A stretch of DNA of 64,000 bases from Paraspadella gotoi. Its lineage: Eukaryota; Animalia; Chaetognatha. The stretch's first letter is position 1, and every line of letters begins with the position of its first letter. The stretch covers positions 5,631,991-5,695,990 of the forward strand of contig CM119271.1 of the NCBI GenBank assembly GCA_051294375.1, read 5' to 3'. The notes beneath the pieces were generated by a model. It was not told the DNA's origin and searched no databases. It saw only the letters and a list, made by a program, of their open reading frames with translations. The translations under genes were made by a program, and so were the position numbers. This document shows, in pieces, positions 1 to 14,461 of this stretch.

Positions 1-630
1 CGTTAACGTCACCGTCTATTCTCTTTTCACGACTCGAATAAAGCTGAGCAATTCACAGATTCGCGTCATCACATGACTTTCACCTCAATCAGCGCCATCC
101 GCCCCCGTCATTTCCCCACTCCCTCATTTTCCCCACTCCAGTTTGAACCCCCTGCACCTCGATTGGAGAATAAAACCGCGCGGTCATTCACCGGTTCTCT
201 CTCTCTTAACTCACACAGGAGTGAATTAAAGCCTCGATGCGAATGAATGAAGGCGAACGCCCTCCCAGTCGACGCCGCCGACGCCGCTGCCTCCGCCGCC
301 GCCGCCGCCGCCGCCACCGCCGCCCGATTTTTGAAAAGGCGGAGAGAGGGCGTGACGCGAATTCAGAAAACGGGTGGCGGCGCTGGTGGCAGCTGAGGTG
401 GAGGGTTTCAGCGATGGCGGCGCCGTCGTCAGAAGGCCGCCGTGGTGGAGGATGGCGGAGGTGGCAGAGGATTTTAAAAAGTTTTGCCAATTATTAATAG
501 TGGAAAACTAAATTCAGATTTAAGACTCAATTTAAAGAGTTTCCGAATCAGTTGGAAAACGGCGTCATCGTCTACAACTCTAATTGTCTGCAACTGGCGA
601 CGCCGTTGATGACGCCCCGGCGGTCGATGA

Positions 631-1140
631 AGGGAGAAAGATAAAGGGGAGGAAAGGAGAGGAGAAAGGAAAGATAAGGAAAGGAAAGGAATGGAAAGGA
701 GAGGAATGGAAAGTTAGGGAAAGAAGGAAATGAAAGGAAATTAAAGGAAAGAAAAGGAAAGGAAAGGAAAGGAAAGGAAAGGAAGGGAAAGGAAAGGAAA
801 GGAAAGGAAAGGAAAGGAAAGGAAAGGAAAAGAAAGAAAGGAAAGAAGAAAAAAAGATAGGAAAAGACAGATAGGACAGGAAAAAAGAACAAAGAAGGAA
901 GATAAGACTGAAGGAAGAGAAAAGAGAAGAGAAGAGAGGAAAGAAAAGAAGGAAGAAGAACTGAAGAAAAGAAAAGAGAGAGAAAGAAAGGAAAGCAAAG
1001 GAAAAAAATAGGAAAGCAAAGACAAGCAAAGGAAAGGAACCGAAAAGAACCGAAAGAAAGAAAAGGAAACGAAAGGAAAGATGTGAAAAGGAAAGTTAAT
1101 CTAAGGAAAGCAAAGCAAAAACAAAGCAAAGAAAAGACAA
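631..1140. repeat. (GGAAA)n / purine-rich simple repeat
   Basis: Pentamer array at 755-830 inside a degenerate polypurine tract. Confidence 0.9.
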
Positions 1141-1203
1141 ATTTGACCCAAGGTGGGTGGAGGAAAGGGAGACGATCATGTGTCCATCGTAAAAGGGTCG
1201 ACG

Positions 1204-1237
<34 letters not shown>

Positions 1238-1921
1238 CAGAGACTGCGGCGACAGAGACCGCGTCGACAGAGACTGCGGCGACTGCGGCGGCGACTGCGG
1301 CGGCGACTGCGGCGGCGGCGACTGCGACCGCCGAAAACTTCTCTTATTCCCGCTGCGTTTCGATCGACATTGACAAGCAGGTTAATCGGGAATTGACTCG
1401 GATCTTTTCGGTTTGTGATTCCGAGGTCCGTTGCCTGGCAACGTTATCTGCAGTTCGGCTCGGTTGATGTTTGTTGTCGTCGTCGTTGCTCCTTTCGTTA
1501 TCGGAGATGAAAAGAGGAAATAAGTTGTTAGGTGTTGTTATGAAGTAAATATATACAACGACATGGAAGGGCAAGGCAATTTTTATGAGAAAAGTGTGAA
1601 GGTTTCTTTTGGTTTGTGATTGGCGCGCTACGGCCCCTTCACCAGCCTGGGAAATTTGAGTCGGTATTTCGACGGGAGGACGTCTGTAACGATCGAATAA
1701 AAAAATACTTCACAGAGCTAAGGCAAAGTAGAAAATATTTCTGAGTGAATGTTGAGAAAAATAAAGGAGTCGAGTAAGTTCGGCCCCAATTAAATTTGAA
1801 TATAAGAATAACAGGAGTTTGAACTTTGAATTTTAAATATTGATACTCTAACAGCGTTTAAGAAGTTAATTGCCTATAATGATTGATTTTTGTAGGCATC
1901 TTCCGATTGAATATTATGTAG

Positions 1922-2313
1922 TAAGGCGGAACAGGTTACAAACAAACAGAAGTCAGGTATAAATATTTTAATGTGTTTATTAAAGATCGTGAAAATAAAA
2001 AAAATTAATATTTATCTTATGGTTAAACACATGGAAGCTATTTTATATTATCCAAATACTATATAATGTAGTACTAACCTTTATCTAACTTTATAATCTT
2101 TATCAGAATCCATTTTTAAAAATTTTAATTTCCTAAAAAAAATTTTAAGCATTTCTTATATATATTGTTAAATATTCAAATGCTTCAATGCATGAGGAAA
2201 ATTAATTTAATCAAAATATAACATCATAATTCAATTTGGTTGTGAAATGATAAAATACTTTTATTGCAGACTTTTTCATATTGTCAAAAAATGTTAAATT
2301 CTGGCCCGCCTTA
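1922..2313. mobile_element. Short hAT-type MITE related to 25972-27251 (opposite orientation)
   Basis: Starts TAAGGCGGAACAGG and ends TGGCCCGCCTTA, the same two termini swapped. TSD not preserved. Confidence 0.65.
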
Positions 2314-2484
2314 TTCTTCTCTTCATGGGAGAAAAATTTATTGGAAAGAAGGAAAATGGGTGACGGCTTAAGAGCAAGGAAGGTAAGTTGCCCGTTAAAG
2401 TAAGTTAGCGAATATGTCGGGGATAATGGACGGAGGGATGGAGTTGAGAGAAAGCGCAGGAGAGAGAGAGAAAAGAGCAGAGAG

Positions 2485-2518
<34 letters not shown>

Positions 2519-4234
2519 CGAGAAGAGAAGAGAGACGAGATGAGAGAGAGAAGGCAAGAAAATAAAAACGAATGAAGACAAGAACGACGAGTCAAAAACT
2601 CAGATTTTTTTTTTTACTAAAGATAAGAAAAGCGAAATTGGACGCTAAACCAGGCGGATCAGGCGTCAGGAGTCAGGCGTCAGGCGCCAGGTGTTGCATT
2701 CGATTTCCATTCGGTGCAGAATCGCGATTCGGCTCGAGTTTTAGCAAAAGAAAACAAGAACGTTAATTCAAATATGTTGCGCCGCAGTTATTACCTTATC
2801 ACGTGTATTTCTCGTGACATGACATGACATGACATGACATAACATGACTAAATAACTATAATAACTTTCATAGCCCGTGTTTTTATGACATTCACTGCAT
2901 CAAAATTCCGTCTTTTATTCCTTATAGTTTTATTAGTTCCTGAAGGCGGCGCTTGCAGCTCCTTAGATTTGAGGTTTTATTTGACTTAACAAAAGAGCAA
3001 CCAACTGTGGGCAAATTATATGCATTTTTACCGTAAGTGGGACAGACCGACGGACAGACATACAGACCGACCGACGGACCGACCGACCGACCCAGAGACC
3101 GACCGAACTAAAAAGTCTTTATCTTCTTTCAGTTCGTTTTTTGGTTTCTAGTTTGTTTTCTTTTGTTTTGTTTTTATAAACATTTGAGGGAAAAACTTTG
3201 CCTTAATCCTCGACAGCAGTGAACACGACGAGGACGACGACGAAAGCGACGACGACGACGACGACGATGATGATGATGATGATGACTACAACTTAATGTT
3301 CCTGGTTTGATGACAACGACATTATTCATTATATTACGAAGCTGTTCAAAAATTATTAATTATTCGGTATCCCCCAACCTCACAACGTTTTCAAATCTCC
3401 AACGATGAAAACACTTTATGCCAAAAATCTTTGTCCAACTAGATGACAATAACATGATGACGTTTTTTACCCAAAACGAAAATGACAACGACAACGACAA
3501 CGACAACGACGTCTTTGAAATTTTCGTTTCTCTTCAGGTTTTCTTTTCCAATTTCATAAATGGAACCGAATTCTTTTTTTTTTTTCTTTTGTTATTTATT
3601 TTTCTTTGTTCAGATATTTTCGGAAGAGGAAAAGGGGGAGATGAGTTTGCAGTTAGGGTTTACTTAAGGTGAGTGGGAAGTAGGAAGTTATTGACGAAGG
3701 TAAGGGGCGATGGGAAGAGAGAAGCGAGTTAAGGTGCCCATGGACTTAGGACAAGGCAAAGTGGAGAAGAAAACTAGAGGCAAAGCGATGATGTTCATAA
3801 AGAACGAGAGTACATATTGAAAAGAGAAAATAGAATAGAATAAAAAAAAAAAGGAAGAAAAAGAAAGAGAAAAGATTGGAGGAGAAAGAGAGATAAAAGA
3901 GTTAAAAGAAAAGAAAAGAAACGACTGGAAAGATAGGTGAAGAGAGAAGAAAGATGTAGGAGAGAGGAGAGAGGTGAAGAAAGAGAACGAAGAAAAGAGA
4001 CACGGGAGAGCGAAGAGAGGAGAGAGAAGAGAGGCCCGGAGAAGAGGGGTCTGAGGAGAGAGAAGAGAACAATTCTTCGGAGACTGAATCGAAAAGAATC
4101 ATCACGTTTTTTTGTTGTTGTTTTTTCGCTTGAGAATCGAGATTCTTCGATTCGCCACCTGCATCGAGCAGAAATAACGACTGAAACCTCAACAACAACG
4201 ACAAGAAAGAGCGGAAATCTCATTGCGATCATGA

Positions 4235-4273
<39 letters not shown>

Positions 4274-5172
4274 AACAACTGGAGGCAGTTTATGCGTTCG
4301 TTTTCGAGAAAACTGGAGATATCTTTTTTGATCTTTCCAGTTTTTTTATTCCCCCTTTTACGTTCGTTGTTTCCTCCAAGTTTAAACTTATTCTGCGCTC
4401 GTTTTGCATTGCTTTGCCCTTCATTTCCAGATATATTGTCAAAAACGCTTAAATGTCGCACTTAGCGCAATTATTTTTTCCTCTTGTACTTTCGCCACCG
4501 TCGTAATGCGATTAAATCCGAAGCGAAATCCTCAGTCACGTGACCGCGCGACTCGAGCTTTCATTTTTGGAGCACTTTTGTGAAAACGGGCGAAAGAGAA
4601 GAAGAAAATGTAGGAAGAGGAGGATAATGTGAAAATATGGGGCTTTCTTTTCCCAGAGTCCCGCCTTTTTTTGTTCGTTTTTCCTAAAAAAAATTATCTT
4701 AATTCTGAAATTAACGTACAATTGGGCGTTCTTGGAAAAAAAAAGGCCTTCAGGGGGTATTCTGGGGGGGAAAAATTGGCCCTTAAATCAGTCGAGGTCA
4801 AGTGAAATCCTGATATTAGGTCCAAAACGAGGCAGAATATTTGACAATCCATTTTCCTCTTCTCTTTTTTTTTCTCGCTCTTCCTTTCTCCCGCCAACCG
4901 GCGGCGGAACACTTAAAACGAGGATTTGGTTTTTCAAAAGTGCGACTGATAATTTCGTTTAGACTTGAACGGCGAAGAGGGAAAATCCCTTTTTCCCGAT
5001 CGTCGTAATCGTCGTCGTCGTCGTCGTCGTCGTCGTCGGTTTCGGTGTCGTCGTTATCTCATTCTCCGACGTCGTCGTCGTTGTCCTCCTTCCCTTCACG
5101 CGCGCCTCTCACTTCGCGTCGAGCGTCTTTCACAGTCACGTGACCAGAGTTCCGGCTTCGCACGCAAAAGAG

Positions 5173-5209
<37 letters not shown>

Positions 5210-5394
5210 ATCTCTCCTCTCTCTCATCTTCTCACTCTCTCATCTCTACTCTCTCAGTCTCATCTCGCTTCACGATCTCGCGCTTGCTAGATCTCACTTC
5301 GCTTTTGGGTCTCATTCCCTTTTTTTCCGCGACAATATTAACGATAGTCGAACCTGTCGTTCGTCGTCGTCGTCGTCTTGTCGTCGGTGCTGCG

Positions 5395-5618
5395 AAAAAA
5401 AAAGTATGAAATGTTTGATTTAATTTTATTCTGCGAATGAAACTAAATAAATAATTGAAAATAACGTCGTTTTTTCCTTCTTCTTTTTTTTTTAATAACG
5501 CTTCCTGAATAATCAAATATTGTCGACGAAAAAAATAATATAAACTCAACAAACTTATAATAAAGGTAAATCGTCAAAAAATTTTTTTTTGAATTTTTAG
5601 GTAAGGCAGACGCGGTTC

Positions 5619-5711
<93 letters not shown>

Positions 5712-7255
5712 AGAGAGGAGAGAGCGGGCGAAAAACAATGGGCTCAGATGTGACTTTTCCTCATTGTTGATTCTCGGTCTCGCTCTTTTTTAACTTTTAC
5801 AGTTCACATCCCGCCCTCCTCACACACACCTCCTCCTCACACCCTCGAACTCTTCCGCTCCTTTTAATCTCAGTCATCGGTTTCTTCTTTATCTCATCGC
5901 TTCCCCATCCGTCTTTCTCTTTCTGCTCCTCTTCAAAATCCTCGCTCCAGTTGGTCTCTCACCCTTTCTACTTTTTATTTCCGCTCCAAGCTTTTTATCG
6001 GTACTATTACTCAACACCACCCCGTTCCACTCTTTAAATGTCATTAAGCAATTCATAACCACCCCTCGAGAAATAAATCCTTGTTTCGACTGCCCCCTGG
6101 TTCGCCATCTTTGCTTGACTCAGGTATTGTTCAATTGTATTTATTTATTAAATTATCCATTTTATTTATCGTTTTAACTTCAATGTGTTTTTTTCTCTAT
6201 TTCCTTCTTAACCTAAAAAGAAGGCCTCAAAAAAAAGATGAACTAAAGACATTAATTTGCTGTCTTTTCTTTGGGCTTGTGTCATATTTTTAGTAACATT
6301 TGAATCGTTTTAAAATTAAAAAAACGTCTCATCTCATCAAAGGTAAAAGGCCTTTTTTTAATCTAGTGTTTGGTCTATTCACATTATTCACGCGTTTATT
6401 AATAATTGTTTTTCAATTCATTTACCTATTCATAATCTATTTTCTTTTCATTCATTTTCATTTCATTCCAATATTTTCATCTTTTACTTTGATTAATTTT
6501 GGCTGCATTGCCTTTCGTGGTGACAATCGTGTTGTCAGTTTCTCAGCCCCGAATTAATTTCAGTTTTTACGTTACTCTTTTGTGTCACCATGAAATTTTT
6601 TTCAGTCTAGTTTCTTTCGTGCAAGACGTCGACATATTTCTGGCTTTCGTCTTTTTTTTTTACTTTCTCATGTCTACTTACTTAAATGCTCTTCTTCATT
6701 TTCATATTTGATTTTTTTTTTTTACTTTTCCGCTTAGGCGCGGGTATGCACAGATTTTTCTTTCCTGAAATAACGTACTTCTTAACGGAGAGCTTTTCTT
6801 GTGAAAACTCACATTATAAATATTCAACACTCACGAAAAAAAAATTTTGACGTATTTAAAATCTGTGAGATGTTTGCCTCATAACACAGCTTAGAACGAA
6901 ATTTCAATCACATAAGACGATTGAGTCATTTGAATTGGGTTGTAATTAGAATTTGATCCATCTCATCTCTCTCCTCTATCTCTCTCTTCCATATCAATGC
7001 GATCTCCGTCTCTGTCTCTCTCCTTGATCCTCTCTCTCTTCTCGCTCTCTCTTCCTATTTTCAGCTCAATCCGCGGTCAGGGTCAAGGGACATCGAATCT
7101 TTTTATTGGCAACTAAGTCTGTCGTCGCCCAATGTCTTCTCTTTTCTCCTTCGTTCTTATATTCCTGTTTGTGTTTTTTTTTTTAAATTTTCTCCTTCTG
7201 TTCTCATCTTCTCTCCCTCTCTCTCTCTCATCTCTCTCATCCTCTCTCTGCTCTC

Positions 7256-7287
<32 letters not shown>

Positions 7288-7921
7288 TCACATCCGTCCG
7301 TCGTCTTGGTCCACCAATCTGTTCCGAAGTTCGTTACCCAACTCTAAGGGTTTACTTGGTTTCCATGGCAATCTCGTTACTTTTCTTTTCTGAGAAAAGA
7401 ATATGGAGCAAATCCTGGGTCCTTAAGCTTTTTGTCACCGCTCTTTTTTTAGGGTCAGGGGAAAAAACAGATCCCTTTCCCTTGCAGTTACAATTTTGTT
7501 TGTGTTTGTGTTTAAATCATACAAGCAACTTTCATCCGGGAATATGAGTAGGCAATCGCAACATAAGCTTTTTGAAGTCAGGTGACAATAACAGAAATAT
7601 AGAATACGTAGTTTTTAGAAATTTTTTTGTTTACTCCTCTTTCTCAGCTCGCTCGCGCATTTCACTTCCATCNNNNNNNNNNNNNNNNNNNNNNNNNAAA
7701 AAAAAAGTACTGAAATGTTTGATTTAATTTTATTCTGCGAATGGAAACTAAATAAATAATTGAAATAACGTCGTTTTTTCCTTCTTCTTTTTTTTTTAAT
7801 AACGCTTCCTGAATAATCAAATATTGTCGACGAAAAAAATAATTAAACTCAACAAACTTTAAATAAAGGTAAATCGTCAAAAAATTTTTTTTTGAATTTT
7901 TAGGTAAGGCAGACGCGGTTC

Positions 7922-8015
<94 letters not shown>

Positions 8016-9237
8016 AGAGGGAGAGAGAGCGGGCGGGAAAAACCAATAGGGCTCAGATGTGACTTTTCCTCATTGTTGATTCTCGGTCTCGCTCTTTTAA
8101 CTTTTACAGTTCACATCCCGCCCTCCTCACACACACTCCTCCTCACACCTCGAACTCTTCCGCTCCTTTTAATCTCAGTCATCGGTTTCTTCTTTCTCAT
8201 CCGCTTCCCCCATCCGTCTTTCTCTTTCTGCTCCTCTTCAAATCCTCGCTCCAGTTGGTCTTTCACCCTTTCTACTTTTTANNNNNNNNNNCGCTCCAAG
8301 CTTTTTATCGGTACTTACTCAACACCACCCCGTTCCACTCTTTAAATGTCATTAAGCAATTCATAACCACCCCTCGAGAAATAAATCCTTGTTTCGACTG
8401 CACCCCTGGTCCGCCATCTTTGCTTGACTCAGGTATTATTCATTTATTTATTTATTTATTTATTATCCCTTTATTTATCGTTTTAACTTTCAATGTGTTT
8501 TTTTTCTCTTTTCCTTCTTAACTTAAAAAAAGCCCCAAAAAAGATGCAACTTAAGACTTAAATTGCGTCTTTTTTTGGGCTTTATGTCATATTTTTAGTA
8601 CATTTGAATCCGTTTTAAAATTTAATAACGTCTCATCTCATCAAAGTAAAGACTTTTTTTTTTAATCTAGTGTTTATCTATTCACTTATTCACGCGTTTA
8701 TTAAATAATTATTTCATTCATTTACCTATTCATAATCTCTTTTTCTTTCAACTTCATTTCATTTCATTCCATATTTTCATCTTTTACTTTTATTAATTTT
8801 GGCTCATTGCCTTTCGTGTGACATCGCTTTGTCAGTTTCTCTCCCGTAATTAATTCAGTTTTTAACGTTACTCTTTTTGTCACCATAAATTTTTTTCAAG
8901 TCTAGTTTCTTTCGTCAAGACGTCGACATTTTCTGGCTTTCGTCTTTTTTTTTTACTTTCTCTGTCTACTTACTTAAATGCTCTTCTTTTCATATTTGAT
9001 TTTTTTTTTTACTTTTCCGCTTAGGCGCGGGTATGCCAGATTTTTCTTTCCTGAAATACGTACTTCTTAACGAGAGCTTTTCTTGTGAAAACTCACATTA
9101 TATATTCACTTCGAAAAAAAAAATTTTGACGTTTAAATCTGGTGAGATTTTTGCCTCATTAACACAGCTAAGAACGAAATTTCAATCACATAAGCCGATT
9201 GAGTCTTTGCAATTGGGTTGTAATTAGAATTTGATTC

Positions 9238-9275
<38 letters not shown>

Positions 9276-9468
9276 TTCTTTCTCTCTCTCTCTCTGCCTC
9301 TATTTTCAGCTGCAATCCGGGTCAGGGGTCAAGGGACCATCGAATCTTTATTGCATCTAGGTCTGTCGTCGCCCAATGTCTTCTCTTTTTCCTTCGTTCT
9401 TTATTTCCTTGTTTGTGTTTTTTTTTTTAAATTTTCTTCCTTTCTCGTTCTCTCTTCTCTCCTCTCGT

Positions 9469-9503
<35 letters not shown>

Positions 9504-9914
9504 TCTCTGCTCTCTCTCTCTCTCTCTCCCCTCTCTCTCTCTCTCACGTCGTCTTTGTCCACCATCTGTTCCGAATTCGCTTACCCACTCTAAGGGTTTA
9601 CTTGGTTTCCATGGCAACTCGTTACTCTTTCTTTTCTGAGAAAAGAATTGGGAGCAAATCCTGGGTCCTTAGCTTTTGTCACGCTTTTTTAGGGTCAGGG
9701 AGAAAAACAGTCCTTTCCCTGCAGTTAAAATTTTTGTTTGTGTTTTGTGTTTAAAACATACAAGCAACTTTCTCGGATATGAGTAGCAATCGCAACATAA
9801 GCTTTTGAAGTCAGTGACAAATAACAGAAATATTAGAATACGTAGTTTTAGAAATTTTTGTTTACTCTCTCTCTCCCTCTTTCGTCAGCTCTCAGCTCGC
9901 GCAATTGCTCCATC
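5395..9914. repeat. About 2.25-kb tandem duplication (5395-7672 / 7698-9914) split by a 25-N gap; likely gap-fill artefact
   Basis: Colinear copies differing mostly by 1-nt indels; both end at N gaps. Confidence 0.85.
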
Positions 9915-11922
9915 NNNNNNNNNNNNNNNNNNNNNNNNNNNNNNNNNNNNNNNNNNNNNNNNNNNNNNNNNNNNNNNNNNNNNNNNNNNNNNNNNNNNNN
10001 NNNNNNNNNNNNNNNNNNNNNNNNNNNNNNNNNNNNNNNNNNNNNNNNNNNNNNNNNNNNNNNNNNNNNNNNNNNNNNNNNNNNNNNNNNNNNNNNNNNN
10101 NNNNNNNNNNNNNNNNNNNNNNNNNNNNNNNNNNNNNNNNNNNNNNNNNNNNNNNNNNNNTCTATCGGGAAATTTGCATGAGTGAAGAGTAAGCGAGGCT
10201 CATGATAGGGGAAGCATCGGCAATAGAGTGATTCACCGAACCAGTCTCATTTGGTGATTTAATTGGGTGATTTGATGAACTTAGTTTATAGTCTATGGTG
10301 ATAATACTCCTTTTCAGCTCATGGTTCAATAAAGGACAATTGGCCCCTCGTGATACATCGAGGTTACAATGAAAATATGAAAGTACTTTTCTTGCAGAGG
10401 ATTTACGCTGGTTGTTGTGTTAATCATTAATTATTTTAAAACGCGAAATGCAACAAAAAAAATAAGTAAATGAGTAAATAAAATACAATAAAATAGAAAA
10501 AAAATAATGAAAATAATAATTTTCGAAAAATGGTGTACCTAGTAAATAAATAAAGAAATAAAAAATATATACTTATATAAAAAGAGAGAGAGAGGAAAAA
10601 AACTTACTTTTTTCTTTGTAATATTCCCAGACTGACAATCAGACAGACAGACCGACTTAAGACACGTTTCGACATGGCTAAAAAGATTTTTTGCCGAATG
10701 GAATTTTTCGAGATTTGAGCAGAAATGACAAAATGTATCGAGATCAGAAGGTCACCTTGAATGGAGTTGAATTTATAAAAGACAACGTTGAAGAGAAGAG
10801 AAGAGAAAAGAAGAGAAGAGAAGAGAAGAGAAGAGAAGAGAAGAGAAGAGAAGAGAAGAGAAGAGAAGAGAAGAGAAGAGAAGAGAAGAGAAGAGAAAAT
10901 AGAAGGAAAGGCGATGGAAGCTAACTTATTCTTGGGCCACGAAATAAATGATACACGTCGAAGTTGCGTAGTAGGTCCATCATATCTTGCCATGTCGCCA
11001 TCATAAAAATTCTTTTGCTAGGAAAGACGTTTTCTAATTTTTAGTTATTTACGTATTATAAAATTATATTTCGCAACATAAAACAGAAAAGACAACGTAA
11101 TTAAATAAATAACAACAAAATTAAAATAAGGAAACTAATGCGGAAAATCAGAAAAGCGANNNNNNNNNNNNNNNNNNNNNNNNNNNNNNNNNNNNNNNNN
11201 NNNNNNNNNNNNNNNNNNNNNNNNNNNNNNNNNNNNNNNNNNNNNNNNNNNNNNNNNNNNNNNNNNNNNNNNNNNNNNNNNNNNNNNNNNNNNNNNNNNN
11301 NNNNNNNNNNNNNNNNNNNNNNNNNNNNNNNNNNNNNNNNNNNNNNNNNNNNNNNNNNNNNNNNNNNNNNNNNNNNNNNNNNNNNNNNNNNNNNNNNNNN
11401 NNNNNNNNNNNNNNNNNNNNNNNNNNNNNNNNNNNNNNNNNNNNNNNNNNNNNNNNNNNNNNNNCGACGGGTTAATGAAGCGAAAGGACGGAGCGCGATT
11501 AGGTGCAGCGTTGTATATCTGTCTTGACGGGAGTTCCTCTTCTTTATCTTACTTCTTCATCGCGACAAGTGGAAATTTATTTAAGCGTCTAACTTTTAAT
11601 ACTGAGTAGATTACATGTGAAAATCTATTACACCGTTTAGTCAGGTAGAGGTACATTGTACTTTACATTGTTCGTGTGCAGTGTACAATGTACAATCTTC
11701 GGACGGTTCATTGTCTTTTTCTCCATTCTGTACGTTATTGCAACGTGAATCTGGCAATTTATTCAACCATCTATATACCTGTGCAGTGTGCAATGTACAA
11801 TGTACATTGTACATATTTCTGAAGATTCCTCCACATCATTGCTAAATCATTGCTACATCGGTTTATTTGTTCATTCGTTTAGCAATGCGTACATTAATTT
11901 TTCTTTTTTTCTTTGTTCGTTT

Positions 11923-12006
<84 letters not shown>

Positions 12007-12095
12007 TTTTCCTATTATTACCTTTACGTTCGCCTCGTGATTGTCACCTGTGAAGAGAGAGTAACTCAGTCAAGTATCAAAAATCGATGATTTTC

Positions 12096-12151
<56 letters not shown>

Positions 12152-12258
12152 CTTCTTCTCTCTCACTCCGCTCTCTTTCTCAATAAAATTCTCGCGTGAC
12201 TGATAAGCGGAACGAAGAAATCAGAAAATCCTTCAAGTGTTTCGTCTTTGTCGTCATC

Positions 12259-12431
12259 GCCGACTCTTTCATCGACTCCTTTGCCGACTCTTTTACCGAC
12301 TCTTTTACCGACTCTATTATCATCTTTTTTACTCTTTTACCGACTGATGACGGATTCTCTTACCGACCCTTTCGCCGACTCTTTTTCCGACTCTTTTGCC
12401 GACTCCTTTGCCGACTCTTTTTCCGACTCTA
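12259..12431. repeat. 12-bp minisatellite (CCGACTCTTTTG/A)
   Basis: More than 10 imperfect units. Confidence 0.85.
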
Positions 12432-13396
12432 GGCCGCCCTTTCTCGGATTTTCAACTGAGTTGGCTTTAGATCTTTCCCCCCCCCCTTCCCTCCACCGCC
12501 TGGGATATGTTTGACTGCGAACTAAAGACAGTCGCAAAAATACAATCACAACAACAACAACAAGTACGAAGACGACAACGACAACAAAGTAATTGGCGCG
12601 AAAGGAAGAATCTTTTGAAGCGATCCAATGAGGATCGAAGATAATCACATCCAAGTGGAAGTCATTAAACGCCTACCATCTGCCGTCTATTAACTTTTAT
12701 TAACGTCTATTAACGTCTGCTAAAGTGCAGTGTGTCGCAATGGTACTGACCGTAAACTTTTTTACATATCGTGCGGAACTTCGTTGCTAAATCTTATTTC
12801 TGAGATAATGGTGTCAAAGATAAGTTCTTACCATTTATGATACTATATTTTGAATTCAATTTTTATAAATTTTTCTTTGCAAAACTTTCTATTTAAATGA
12901 GTTCTAGTTTTTTTGGTTTTTTTTTAAATAATGTTTTATATTTTAAAATATTTTTTTTGAAAATTACGTAAAAAAACTTTTTAATCGATATAAATTATTC
13001 AAATTATAATTTTGTATAAAATAAGTGCATTAATAAAAAAAATGCACGGATTAAAAAAACAAAAAAATATTATAAAAATATGCATATTATTTGGCTATTT
13101 AATTTATTTTCTTTAACTAAAGTCTTCATTTCCAACCATAGATCGAAGTCGACAACTCAGCCAGGTCATACTTGTCTCTGAAATATGCCAGATTCGATTT
13201 CCCTACATGTTCGAAGTTTATTATGTAAAGTTATTTTCGCTTTCCCCCCACTGGTTTAAAAAAATTCGTTTCCAAAAAATGAAACTAAATTAAAAAAAAA
13301 TAAAAAAAGAATTTCCAAATCGATTGAGAGTCCAAAAAAAAGTGAACAAAGAAATGAAATGGTCGCCATGGAAACGAGAAGCGAAAAGTCACGAAT

Positions 13397-13482
<86 letters not shown>

Positions 13483-13544
13483 AGAGAGAGTCAGCAGTGG
13501 TTGCGCAGCGGGGCGAGGAAGAAACGTATTCGTCGTCGTCGTCT

Positions 13545-13576
<32 letters not shown>

Positions 13577-13835
13577 GTCCTCGTCGGCGTCTCGGTTGAT
13601 CGGAAATCCCTCCAGTAGGCGCCGTCGTTTGTCCTGCGTTGTCACGGAGACGAAGGGAGGGACCGTCGGCCATTAAGGAGACAGCGACGCGACCGATTCC
13701 GCTCGCCCATCGCCTCCCCACTCCCCGCATTCACTACCCCCCCCCGCCCCCCCAAAAAAAAAATCGATCTTAGCTTCAGAAAAAGAGAAAGACGCGTTGC
13801 CCCGATGTCATTCGCCGAAACCTAATCTGAGTTCC

Positions 13836-13990
13836 GTGGAAATACTGGTATAGCCTTTGCCATAGCCTATACTATAGGTGTGATGGAAATACTGGCAAAG
13901 GTGAGATAGAAATAATGGCAAAGGTGTGATAGAAATACTGGCATAAGTGAGATAGAAATACTGGCGCAGGTGAGATAGAAATACTGGCAA
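13836..13990. repeat. 21-bp minisatellite (GGTGAGATAGAAATACTGGCA-like)
   Basis: About 6 units visible. Confidence 0.85.
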
Positions 13991-14123
13991 CGTGGGTTCC
14001 CGTTGCAGAAATCACCAAAATCATCATTGCAAAGTAATAGTAACAGTAATTTTGCGAAAAAAATGTTTTTTTTTTCACATTAACATGCATTAATCGTAAC
14101 TCTTTCGTCGGTATTGAGCAAAC

Positions 14124-14189
<66 letters not shown>

Positions 14190-14356
14190 TCTCTCTCTCC
14201 TCTCTACTCTGCCTCTCTCTCTCTCTCTCTTCTCTCTCGTCACTCTCTCTCTCACTATTTATTCTCTAATCTGCTGTCATCTTATATTTCTCTCAGCTCG
14301 CCTAAGAATCGAAGACCCAGAAAAAACAAATTGTGGGAACAGATTGAATGACCCGC

Positions 14357-14461
14357 GCACCATAGCACCGCGGCACCATAGCACCGTAGCACCGTGGCAC
14401 CATAGCACTGCGGCACTACGGCACCGCGGCACCATAGCACCGCGGCACCATAGCAGCATAG
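14357..14461. repeat. 8/16-bp minisatellite (GCACCATAGCACCGCG)
   Basis: About 13 GCACNNNN units. Confidence 0.85.

Noticed and set aside
572-1467. Long ORFs such as FPFLS repeats and poly-Ala/Gly
   Set aside because: Translations of (GGAAA)n and (GGC)n simple repeats, open in several frames.
13520-13660. Poly-Asp exon candidate
   Set aside because: Explained by a (GAC)n microsatellite common throughout the window; no convincing splice sites.
12259-14461. Short periodic repeats as CRISPR-like arrays
   Set aside because: No unique spacers, eukaryotic context, no cas genes; ordinary minisatellites.
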